A stretch of 64,000 nucleotides of DNA, taken from Hypanus sabinus. Its lineage: Eukaryota. Shown piece by piece: positions 12,654 to 24,458 of this stretch (position 1 is the stretch's first letter; each line of letters opens with the position of its first letter). Position numbers and translations under genes: made by a program. The stretch lies in NCBI RefSeq assembly GCF_030144855.1, contig NC_082719.1:49476001-49540000 (forward strand), read 5' to 3'. The notes beneath the pieces were generated by a model. It saw nothing but the letters and a program-made list of their open reading frames with translations. It was not told the origin of the DNA and did not search any database.

Positions 12654-12890
12654 TGTTATGTTTTGTAACTTCAAAACATTTAGCTAATTCAAGGGAAAAC
12701 AAGAGATCTGAGAGATGCAAGTCATAGTTTGGTCTTTAAGTGAGGGGTACACCTATCACATGGTAGTGTCATGACATATGCAATTCACTTATTTTTACAG
12801 ATAACCCCAAATAAATTATTCAAGGAAAAATGCTTAATCAACATATTTACAATATTACTCAAATACTATTGAAATATTAAATACACAGCA
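12654..12890 (-). repeat. 5' LTR of Gypsy element
   Basis: tgttatgttttgtaacttc...aaatacacagca; roughly 80-85% similar by eye to 10162-10367. Confidence 0.9.
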
Positions 12891-13435
12891 CAATGTCCAT
12901 CTCCAGCAAACTAACCTTGAGATTTAATGGCATTACCTGAATTCCCATGAGCCATCTGCTGATCAGAAGATGAACATAAACACAATAACTACAAGAGCAG
13001 CTCAGAAGGTAGACCTCTTATGCAGTGTCATTCTATTCCTGATACCCCGAAGACCTCCACCATCTGGAAGTGAAAGTCAGGTGGATGGTGGAATACTCTC
13101 CATTTATCTGAATGAGTGAAGCTCTAAGAACATGCAAGAATATGAGCACCATCCAAGAAAAAATTGCCCACTTGACTGGCATCCCATCAGCCACCCTAAA
13201 CTTTCATTCCTCCACCATCAATGCATCCAGGTTTCGGTATATATTATCTCAGTCCAGGTTCCTTCAATGGCATCCCTCAAGCCCACAACCACCAAGGACA
13301 AGGGCCTCGGGTATGTGACAAAACCATCATCTGCACATTCCCCTCCAAATCATTCACCATCCTCTACTGGAAAATATTGTCATTTCTTTGCCATCAGTTA
13401 GTCAAAACCCAGGAACTCTTTACTCAAGAGTACTG

Positions 13436-14526
13436 TCCTGCTCTGCTGGGTGAGAAGCTGACAGTGATGCAGGTGGATGCTTCCCTGGTGTCATGGATTA
13501 TTGATTACCTGATTGGCAGACCACAGTACGTGCGCTTGCAACACTGTGTGTCAGAGTGGTCAGCAGCACTGGGGCTCCACAGGGGACTGTCCTGTCTCCC
13601 TTTCTCTTCACCATCCACACCTCGGACTTCAACTACAACACAGAGTCTTGCCATCTTCAGAAGTTTTCTGATGACTCTGCATAGTTGGATGCATCAGCAA
13701 GGGAGATGAGGCCGAGTACAGGGCTACGGTGGGAAACTTTGTCACACGGTGTGAGCAGAATCATCTGCAGCTTAATATGAAAAAGACTAAGGAGCTGGTG
13801 GTGGACCTGAGGAGGGCTAAGGCACCGGTGACCCCGGTTTCCATCTAAGGGGTCAGTGTGGACATGGTGGAAGATTACAAATACCTGGGGATACGAATTG
13901 ACAATAAACTGAACTGGTCAAAGAACACTGAGGCTGTCTACAAGAAGAGTCAAAGCCGTCTCTACTTCCTGAGGAGACTGAGGTCCCTTAACATCTGCCG
14001 GACGATGCTGAGGATGTTCTATGAGTCTGTGGTGGCCAGTGTATCATGTTTGCTGTTGTGTGCTGGGGCAGCAGGTTGAGGGTAGCAGACACCAACAGAA
14101 TCAACAAATTCATTCATAAGGCCAGTGATGTTGTAGGGGTGGAACTGGACTCTCTGACAGTGGTGTCTGAAAAGAGGATGCTGTCCAAGTTGCATGCCAT
14201 CTTGGACAATGTCTCCTATCCACTCCATAATGTACTGGTTAGGCACAGGAGTACATTCAGCCAGAGACTCATTCCACCAAGATGCAACACTGAGCATCAT
14301 AGGAAGTCATTCCTGCCTGTGGCTATCAAATTTTACAACTCCTCCCTCGGAGTGTCAGACACCCTGAGCCAACAGGCTGGTCCTGGACTTATTTCCACTT
14401 GGCATGATTAACTTATTATTTAATTATTTATGGTTTTTATATTGCTATATTTCTACACTATTCTTGGTTGGTGCAACTGTAACAAAACCCAATTTCCCTC
14501 AGGATCAATAAAGTATGTCTGTCTGT
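13436..14526 (+). mobile_element. Relatively young 5'-truncated Rex1/Babar LINE
   Basis: WIIDYLIGRPQYVRL, YKYLGIRIDNKLNWSKNT, RLYFLRRLRS, RKSFLPVAIKFYN; tail caataaagtatgtctgtctgt. Confidence 0.9.
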
Positions 14527-15204
14527 GAGAAGTCCGCAGTTCAAGATAGATTACCACCACCATCTTTAGGATATTTTGGAATAAGCAACTAATGCTAGCC
14601 ATGATACTATTACCCAGAGCAAAAGAAAAAGGAATTATAACATACAGCTAATTATGTAAGTTAACATGACTTCAATGATTACATATTAACTGCCTCTGTT
14701 TACAAAATATCCCACATGCAGAAACTGCCTAATCAACCAGTCAACTAACCTTTGAAATATACATGGGCATTTGTCCATTTTTTTTCTTGTTTTACCTCAA
14801 AATGTTGACCATTAAAACATGATTCCTCTCTGCACTGTTTCTTCCAAAGTGCACTAGTCTTTATCTGCAATAAGTTGCCTAGGCGATACTTCTGCCCAAC
14901 GCAGCATCTATGCTTTCCTGAAGTCTGCTTTATTAGATTATTTTGTCATATCTACTAGAGATCGAAGAAATTCCTTCTTTGCATGAAGCTTACAGATTAA
15001 ACTGTATGCATGGCAATTATAAATACAATATTAGTATTAGTTTATTATTGCCACGTTTACTTAGAATCAGTGAAAAGCTTTTGTTTTTGTGCCACATAAC
15101 ATTACAGCAAGGTAGTAAAAAAGAGCATTCTGTAGAACATAGTGCTGTGGTTACAGAGAAAGTAGAGTGAAGGAAGACAAGTCCAAGGACCATGACTAAG
15201 TAGA

Positions 15205-16050
15205 TTGGATGCTCTCATTAACCACAAGTGAAAATCCCAAAGACAGGAAGGTGGCTAACATTGTACCACTGTTTAAGAAGGGTAGCAAGGACAGGCCAGG
15301 GAACTCCAGGCCTTGTCAGCTTGAATTAGTACAGGAAATTCCGAGGAACAAGATCTACCAGCATTTGGATAGAAAGAGTCTGATTAGCACGGGTCAGCAT
15401 GGCTTTGTCTATGAAAAAGTTTGTCTGGCTTGAAAGAAATCAAAATGGTAAATGAGGGTAGGACAGTGCATGTTGTCTGTTTAGACTCTACCAAGACCAT
15501 CAACTATTCTGCATGGAAGGCTGGTCTGGAAGTATAGGTCCTATAGAATCTAGGCAGAACTAGTTAGGTGGATTCAAAATTGACTCAAGAGATAGACAGC
15601 CAAGATTGATGGTTGAAGGTTGTTTCTCAGAATGGAACCCAGTGACAAACAGTGTGCCACAGGGGGCTGTGTTATTCATTATTTATACATTTGATTGCTA
15701 ATGAATAATAAATTTGTTATTATTTATAGATTTACATGGGAATGCACAAGGCTGATCTGCATGTTTCTGGATGACACTAAATTAAATCTTGTTGAAGAAT
15801 GGTTATAGTGAAGATGACTAACATAGATTACAAGGGGATCTTGATCAGTTTGGGAATCAGACCGAGGAGTAGCAGGCGAGTTTCAATATGGATAAGTGTG
15901 TAATGATGCATTTTGGAAGGGCAAACTCAATATAAGACAGACTATAAATGTAGGGCACTCGGAACTGTAATGGAACTGAGAAACTTGCAAGTACAGGTTC
16001 ACAGACTATTTAAAATAGTGTCACAGGTAGACAGGGTTGTGAAAAAAGCA
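15205..16050 (+). mobile_element. CR1 LINE RT fragment
   Basis: VANIVPLFKKGSKDRPGNSRP..QHGFV; DDTKL; DKCVMMHFG. Confidence 0.85.
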
Positions 16051-16129
16051 AATGCACTAGAATAGCCAAAAATGGTAGATTTAAGAATACAAAAACCTGT
16101 CAACTCCACCAAGATATCAGTGCAAATTG

Positions 16130-16640
16130 ATTGATTCACAATTCTAATAGCAGTGGGAAAGAAACTGTTTAGCGTGGACATCCAAGCTTTCAAGCTCCTG
16201 TAACTTCTCCCAGAATGGCCAAATTAGCAGGTATTCTTGACTACTCAACTTCCTGAAGCAACACACCAGGAAAATGAAGTGAATGGAAGGAAGAGGCAAG
16301 TCTGTGAGGATTGGGTTCCGTTTACCACTCTTTGCTAGTTCAGTTGGTTAAAAGCAGAGTAGCTGCCGTACCAAGCTAAGATACAACCTGTTAGAATATT
16401 CCCTTTACCACATCTATAAACGTCCAGGGCTACAGAGGAGATGTGAACAAGCCCAATCTTCCCAGCTGTCTAGTAAAGTGAATATGCTGATGTGCTTTCT
16501 TGATCACCACATCGGTGTGAAGGTACCAGGTGAGATTGCTGGTGATATGGATACCAAGGAACTTGAGGCTGTCAACCAACTATACAGCAGCTCTTGTTCA
16601 TCCCTCCCGCTCCTTTAGATCAAAAACCAACTCTCATCAG
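16130..16640 (-). mobile_element. Old LINE (Rex/L2-like) 3' fragment
   Basis: NSFFPTAIR..N C-terminal motif and FLG.HI...LTW region on the reverse strand. Confidence 0.55.
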
Positions 16641-17056
16641 CATGGATGAAATGGTATGACTAATTCTGACCAACCAAAGTCTGACAATCAGGAAGTCTAG
16701 AAGCCAGCTGTAGATGGGCACCTCCACAGCCCAGGTCTAGAAGTTTGCCAAATTTTGCACTATTGTTAACTTTGATATTGAATACCATTTACAAGTCCAG
16801 GTCATTTACACCCAATTAAAATAAAACACTGATCCTACTACCCAATAAAAATCACAATCTCTTTTTCAAGTTAGAGAATCACTTTTTCAACTCTATTCTC
16901 TGCCTCCCATCTTCCAACTAGTTTTGTTTCTGTATCATTACCACCTCTTCAATAATGGGTGCTTCTATTTTGTAATTAAATCTTTACTATAATTCTGTCT
17001 ATTTTCTTCAGAGACTATTCCAATAAGCACATCCTCAGAAGAATCTGTCAGAGTTA

Positions 17057-17857
17057 TGAAAGCCCTTTTTACCGGACATCTCTGAAAATGGGGCTCATTA
17101 GCCCCTCGCTAACACCCACCAGACTCAGCACTGAGAAAGTCACCTTTGTCAGATTCCATATGTCTAGGGTAGGTATCACTTGAGTCATGTCAAATCCGCA
17201 AGGTTGGGATGTCTTGCCTACCCAAACCCCAGTTTGTGTGAATGCTGTGTGCTTTCCTGCCCCCATGCAATCACCATCAGCAAGAAATAACAGAGCATAC
17301 ACTGTGTACAATTATAAAGCAAGCATATTTAGGAATGTTAACTTAACCAAACAGTTATCAAAGAAAGAAAAAAAGACCCCATTATAATTAAGCAGTCAAA
17401 TGTTCACACAAGTTGGAGTTCATCTTGAAGTTGTCTTTAACTCATGCACTGGATCCTCTGTCTGCATGATAGCACACACTACCTTCCAAATGTCACTCAA
17501 AATCCATCTTGAACAAACAAGCTCTCCCATGGGAGTACTGGCCCTTCCTCCTTGATGTCATTCATCTGCACAAAGCACCCTGTGCAACAGGGATGGCATC
17601 CTCGCCCATCTTCCCTCCTGTCTTCTCCCAGCTCCCGCCAAAAAGACCTCGACCCACACCAGTGTCCGTCTCAAAACCTCTCTGCCTAGTGTTCTCTAGA
17701 AGCTTCTCCCAATTTCACCGTCCTGATTGGCTCACACCACATTTCGAAGTTCAGCAACAAAGCCCTTTATCTTAGCTCAAACAGGCTGAAAGCAGAACAA
17801 ACTGCTAAAATGAAATTCCTACAACACAGCAGTAAAAATCTTATCCAGGGCATTACA
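17057..17857. mobile_element. Solo LTR (801 bp)
   Basis: TGAAAGCCC...GGGCATTACA imperfect terminal inverted ends, flanked by a 4-bp TSD gtta (17053-17056, 17858-17861); no coding content. Confidence 0.75.
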
Positions 17858-18309
17858 GTTAGATGGAATCATTTAATCTTGATAATATATTAATCGTGGT
17901 GTTATATTAACAGTATAGGACTACTTCCCCATTTTTATTGCTGCTTTTTCAAAAGAACCTCTCCTGGTCATGTGCTCTTGGTGTCAAGAATGATGCTTTG
18001 TTGCTGTTGACTTTTTAAGTAAAAATAAACAGACCATTAACTTCGCCAATAGCAGTGGGTTAATATAAATTGACATTCTCCACCTAACAAAGCTTGAAAA
18101 GCATTCCATAAAAAAGTAATGACTTTCACCAGCACAATTAACAATGAAGTTACAAGAGTCGACAGCCGGATCCACCAAGGTGGGAAGATAAAGTTTTTCA
18201 TAATCTCAAAATACTTCTGTCATAAAATAACCCTTCTTCAGAGGAAAGAATTAATCAGAATTGACTTTCTCTGTATCTGCTCCCCATGTGGAGCTCCTTT
18301 CCCACATAC

Positions 18310-18349
18310 CCAGAGGAATGTCCAGTGGAGTTTGTTGGAATGAATAGCC
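18310..18349 (-). CDS. Host gene coding exon, 40 nt (GYSFQQTPLDIPL)
   Basis: Long T/C tract ending ccccattCAG|, donor TGG|GTATGT; keeps the frame after the 80-nt and 25-nt exons; non-repetitive flanks. Confidence 0.7.
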
Positions 18350-18837
18350 CTGAATGGGGAAAAAAATATAATGAAGATGTGAAAAATAACTGACAAATGT
18401 CAAATTAAACATACAAATATCAGAATGAAAATATTTGCAACAGCAAAAAAAAGGTATTTCATTGTAAATGAGTTTATTTGTCAATGCACATCTTTGAGCC
18501 TTCATTCTAGGATCTTATGAAAATGGCGGGACCTAAACAAATCACAGAAACATCATAAGTAGTAAATCCTGCTTGCATTTACATCATGCTCTTGTGAAAC
18601 CCATTCATTCCAACAGCATAGGTTTCATGGCGCTGCAATGTTCAAATGGAAAATGCTCACAGTACACTTTTAAGAAAACCACTCATCACAAGTCCAGCAA
18701 GTCACTTGACTCATGTGCTTGGCAATAAAAAACATTTCCTGTTCACACATGTAGGAATTGTATTCCAGGCATCTGTTACTAGTTTGCCTCTAACACTTAA
18801 TGATCTGAAGCCAATGCAAGTCAAATTTGAAACTTAC

Positions 18838-18862
18838 CTGACAGGGATCCCAGTCGAGGACT
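18838..18862 (-). CDS. Host gene coding microexon, 25 nt (VLDWDPCQ)
   Basis: Acceptor tcttgtcttctcaaaCAG|, consensus donor CAG|GTAAGT; phase 2 to 0 fits the upstream exon. Confidence 0.7.
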
Positions 18863-20134
18863 CTGTTTGAGAAGACAAGATTACCCAAAGATGATCCCAG
18901 GTAATGAGGTGCAAGTATTCCCAGACTGTCCTATGTGCAGATTTGTACAGGGAATTACATCATTCCGTATGACCCACACATGGATATTGCATTGGGAAGC
19001 AAGAGTAATTCAAATTTGTCATAGGCATACAAAGGATATAAATGCCATGAAAATTAGCTTTTTACAGCAGGAGCAGAGTACAGTACAAAACATGTAGAAT
19101 GCATGGTGATAATTACTGAAATTGTATAGAAGAGAATTTCACTCAATAAATACATGATCAATTTTCAATCAGATAATGATACACAAGTGTGCAATTTAAT
19201 TTCTAGGCAACGCTATTCCAATTTACAATACTGTGAACTGATTTTGCAATTGCATCTGAAGATTTCAGAGGTTCAGCACTTCAGTATCTGCTGTTCTTTA
19301 CTTGAGGTAACTCCATTCATCTACTTGAAAAACTGCAGATTTTGAAACATTAAACTTTAAAAATCTTAATTTCATGGTATACTTACTCCCTTCAAAATTA
19401 TATAGTTTTACAGTACCACAATAAATTATCAGCATTTTTGTGTCCAAAGGAAACTCCATCTTCAAAAAACTTTGTTCAGTCCACCTACAAGTTAATTTTT
19501 AAAGATTCAAAACTTTGCTGTAAAGTGCATCTCAGTCCTAAGCATATAACTCATTGGTTTTTTTTGCGGGGTTACTGAAGCTTTGTATTCAGGAACAATT
19601 CATGTGTTTTTACTTCAGCCTGCACAAATATCCAGGGAACACAAAAGGAATTGCTGCTAATAGTGGGTTTTCCAAAATGTACTCATACACCTCAAAGCCC
19701 ACCTCCCGCCAGTAAGACATTGTTCTCAATTTGAAGTGTTTCTGTGGACTCTCAACAAAAGTATGGCCTTATAGATAATACTTTCCCCAGTGTATCAAGG
19801 TTCCACTCCAAGATTCTACAAGTGCTTTCCTTCCTCATCTTCCATGACAGCAAAACTCTTCAGTAACTGGACTAATGGGACTTGTCTAGAAATCACAGCA
19901 GTAAGGTTAAATGTTAGCTGCTGAAGTTACCTTGTGATAAATCTATACAACAGGATGAACTGATAAAGAAAGGCCGCTCTAAAAGCTCAGGGAACTCAAC
20001 AAATTTGCATTATAAACATTATAATGCAAGAATAAGGCCCTTATGGCATTTCTTTTCCATAGCAGAGAGATCAAAATCTCAAAATAATCCAATATTGAGC
20101 TTTCCAATATTGCTATGCTACTCTATTTTAGTGT

Positions 20135-20690
20135 AACATAGAAACATAAAAAACCTACAGCACAATACAGGCCCTTCGGCCCAAAGTTGTGCCGAACATG
20201 TCCCTACCTTAGAAATTACTAGGCTTACCCATAACCCTGTATTTTTCTAAGCTCCATGTACCTATCCAAAAGTCTCTTAAAAAGACCCTATTGTATCCGT
20301 CTCCACCACCATTGCCAGCAGCCCATTCCACACACTCACCACTCTTGAGTAAAAAACTTAACCCTGACATCTCCTCTGTACCTACTCCCCAGCACCTTAA
20401 ACCTGTGTCCTCTTATGGCAACCATTTCAGCCCTGGGGAAAAAGCCCCTGACTATCCACACGATCAATGCCTCTCATCATCTTATACACCTCTATCAGGT
20501 CACCCCTCCTCCTCCATCGCTGCAAGGAGAAAAGGTTGTTCAATCAACCTATTCTCATAAGGCATGCTCCCCAATCCAGGCAACATCCTTGTAAATCTCC
20601 TCTGCACCCCTTCTACGGCTTCCACATCCTTCCTGTAGTGAGGCGACCAGAACTGAGCACCAAAGTGGGGTCTGACCAGGGTCCAGGTAA
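20135..20690 (-). mobile_element. Young CR1 LINE 3' end
   Basis: Tail catagaaacataaaaaacctacagcacaatacaggcc (reverse of the CR1 tail), followed by the RT C-terminus (RRFTRMLPGL). Confidence 0.85.
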
Positions 20691-21749
20691 ATTGTGAATC
20701 AGAGAGGAACTTTTCAACTTGTTTCAGGACCTGTTCAGTATTCTAAGCACTTTCTGCATTTGTTTTAGACTTCCATTATCTACAGTATTTTGTACAGTTG
20801 TTAGATCCAACTACCAGCCTGACAGCAGCTGCTTCCTATCACTTACTCTTGTTCTGACATGGCCATACCAAACCCAAATCAGTCACCAAACCCAACTTCC
20901 ATCCCTGTCCTTAATCCAAATTCCACTGGGAGCTGTGATCCAATTCCAGAATCTAATGAAAACAACTTCCAGGACACCCTTCTAGAATTTGTAACTGTAA
21001 ACAAACACGTTTTCTACATAATTTTGGTACACTGATTTAACAGCCACTGCCTGATCCTTCAAAATGCAATAGGAAATTGAGGTATTTGCAGCTGTCTACT
21101 TTGCCATGTTTGATGCACAGATGCTCATGCAATAGGTTAATCAAATCAATTCAGTGCAGATTAAAAACTACAGTATCAACCTTTGCATGATATGCCTGGC
21201 TTTTAGAGGAACAGTACTATTTTCTTCACAATAAGAGAGCTGACGCATTGCAAGATATTCAAAATAAGATCTTTATTTAACTGAATAAGTATTCCAATTT
21301 TCAATTTCCCTTTGTGACTCCTGGATATGTGGACACTGCTTCAGGATTTGTGACACTTTCTGGTGATTCACTGACTGACTGAGTAGTTATGATGACTGTC
21401 TATTGACCAAAAAAAAACACATGGGATTCAGAAGATCTCCTATCTGAAACTAGTTCAGTTTGGCACAGTTCAAGTACTTTCCTGCATTATATTCAAAAGA
21501 ATTTAATTCACTACTTTTAAAAGGTGGAGCCTAAAATTCTGAAAGTATGTATTGTGGTCTAAAATTAACGGTAAAATTGCCAGCAGTTGTGTCCGAAGAT
21601 TCTCTTCATGGGTCCTGTATTTCCTCATAATGCTAATCGTCTATCTAAACAAAGGGGAAAGGGGTTCTAAGAACCCTCTCGACATCTACCCACTAATATT
21701 GTCCAAGTAAGCTGAAGCAAAGTTAGAAAGAGCAATCTGAAAAATGCAT

Positions 21750-22170
21750 ACACAGAGCATTGTGTAATACAGTGCAGAAACTGTGCCTTCAACCCATGAT
21801 GTCTGTGCCAATCATGGCGCCAATTTAAAGTGCACATCCGCCAGCACACTGTCTGCCTCCCTCAGTTCACTGTCTGCTTGAATGCCTTTTGCATGTTGCT
21901 ATCGTATCTGCTTCCACCACCTCCCCTGGCAGCGTGTTCCAACACCTCCCACTCCCTGTATAAAAAAATTGGCAGATACATCTCCTTTAAACTTCCCCCT
22001 CTCCCCTTAAAGCTACTGTATGTCCTCTAATATTTGACATTTCCATACCAGGAGAAGATTATCTACCTTGTCATTTCCTTTCATAATGTTATCTACTAAC
22101 AGACTGCCTCTCAGTCTCCGACTCTCCCAAGAAAGCAATTGAAGTTTGTCCAACCCCTCCTTATAGCTAT
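21750..22170 (-). mobile_element. Old CR1 LINE 3' end
   Basis: VGGVGTRCQGRWWKQ-type CR1 3' region on the reverse strand. Confidence 0.6.
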
Positions 22171-24458
22171 GCACTTACTTCAGCGCCTACAAATTCTGTA
22201 AAATGCCATCTATTACAGTTGACACTAGTGTGGTGTTTTGTCAGCTTGAGCCTGGAGCAAGGCCATCTATTTCTCCATGCTGCACTGTAGCAAGCACAGA
22301 GAAACCATTCTGTCCAAACACATCTATGAGTAGTCACATGCCTTGTCAGAAAGCAAGTCCTTTAAGATTCTGCAACTGAGCCATTAATGAGTAGCAGTCC
22401 ATAATTAGTTCAGTTGCCATCTTATTGTTAGCCAACTCCAGTGTTAACCTTCAATACCCATCCACACGCATCCACTTGTCATTTGCCCTTAATACTTTGC
22501 AAGCTATTTGAAATTTCTGTGTTCTGGTTATTAATTGATACAAGTGTTGGAGATGATAGCTTGTGAACATTCTTCTGCCACGCTGTTGGTTTCTCCATGC
22601 TCTGTAAAAAGAGCAGATGAGCTATTATTAGTGACAAAACATACTGATCATCTGAGAATTATATTTTCATTGCATGAACTATGAAGTACTGCAGCACAAT
22701 TCATGTACACTGATGCAACAAATGGAACACAACACAGAATAATGATTAATGCATACATACCAGTAGTCTATGTTCATCTCAAACCTTCTGAAGATGCTCC
22801 CTATAATTCTTATTTCTCCTGCTCATGTGCTAGCAGAGACTTTTCAAAATAAGATCCACCTGTAATTGGTCAATTGGCTTTCTATTCACAGCAATCTTTG
22901 CTCTAAGATGAGCAGTGCTAAATAATATCATTAACTAATTTAACATTCAGCAATACATTTGTGTTTTATCTATCTTTAAGGCAACAATTATAATTTCATC
23001 TTTCATAAATTCATTCTCTCCGTTTAGGAAAGACTGTAATGTCTCAGCTAGAAATTCATTTTTAATGCCTGGATAATTTATTCACTCAGTTCATTCAAAC
23101 AAACAGATATTAAAGGCAGGAAAAGACAAATCATTCCCTCAAGCTTCCCCATAAAGTCACAGTGCACAAATATTATGATGAGAAAACTACCAAAAAACAG
23201 TCATGTATTCTCCAGAGCAAGGTTAAAAGGCAGTTTTAAACAGACTAATTAGAGGGAAGAATGTTGGAATGCTTTTGTTTTGAAAATTTTATTCCTACCC
23301 ACTCAAGCAAGCAAAAACTTGTTAAACATAGGACATTGCCAATGCTCATATTGACGAGTATTTCACCTACAATTTCCTGGCGGTCATCTTTGTTCTAGTC
23401 CAGCTCGCTACAGAAAATTTGCAGAGTCAGCTGTAACACAAAATGGCACATTGTTTCAGAGCTTTTCTCTGATCTGGGGAAAGTACCAGTTAATTTCCAT
23501 TGTAGTTCTCCTTCATGTGACTTACAAGTACGTCACCATCCAGCCCAAGTGAAATAATTGTATCTTTTTTTTTGATTGTTAAGTCCTTTAATCATGTATT
23601 TTATTAAACCTCCCTTGCATCACAACAAATGAAATATTGTAAGTAATTCATTCTTACAGCCTTCCTTTGCAAAGCTTCAATGTGAAGGACCAAACTATCT
23701 ATAACGTTGTCAGCCAAGGTAAGATAAGAATAATGATACTATTTTGAATAATACAGTTAACATGCAATAAAAAATGGCTGCCTTGGTTTTAAGGAATTCT
23801 TTTTTGAAATCTGAATGAATTGCAAATTGGAACTCCTGAGGCCCTTGTCCTTCTGCATCAACTTTAGCTCTAATCTGAGCAGTCCGCAAACATATTTTAT
23901 ATTGCTCAAAACGAAAAACATAAGATTTCATTTATCCATGATAACAGTTCACCATATTTCACTCACGGAAGCTAAACCTGCTCCAAGAAGTTAACTCACC
24001 ACCAGTCCAAGAATCATCCACAATTTTCTTATTATACCCAGATGTTCCCCCAAACCATCTACAGCTAATAATTTATGAAAATATCTTCCCCTTCGCAGGT
24101 GACTAGCCTCCATACAGATCCAGTCATAAAATGCAGATGATGAAAACATAACCAATTCTGAAACAACTGCAGCAAATTTGCACCAATTCAACAAGATGGT
24201 GTGAAATTCCCAGAGACTTGTCCAAGACTTTCTGAATATCCAAACCAGGCAATGACTGCTAGCATATCCTCACCCTAGTATTTTTTTTCCCCAAAATAAC
24301 CTATTAAGTTAGAATAAGAATAATTCTTACCAAAAAGTGGCATATGTTCCTTAGATTTTTATTTATTTTCTTCCATTACTTATTAGATTAACTTTATGAA
24401 ATAAATCAAAACTGCTGGAAATACTCAGAAGGTTAGAAAGTATCTGTGGTAAGAGATA

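Larger units (their letters stand above)
10162..12890 (-). mobile_element. Ty3/Gypsy LTR retrotransposon with two LTRs, pol core replaced by RBM25 cDNA
   Basis: Direct-repeat LTRs 10162-10367 and 12654-12890 (TG...CA); TSD aaatg/caatg; PPT GGGAGGAG at 10368-10375; gag N-term (MASYIRKIEIF..DNW..Y.E..EQYFEVN); zinc knuckles (C.KCNK.GQI..C); protease MEMDIGSAISI near 11575-11605; integrase tail TRVRNPPQ near 10520. Confidence 0.9.

Noticed and set aside
22178-22602. Possible exon from the acceptor at ~22603 to the donor at ~22177
   Set aside because: Stops in all frames; no supporting evidence.
23367-23430. Possible 64-nt minus-strand exon (ttacag|...tag|gtgaaa)
   Set aside because: Weak splice sites and an immediate stop after exon 2; could only be a poison exon and has no support without RNA data.
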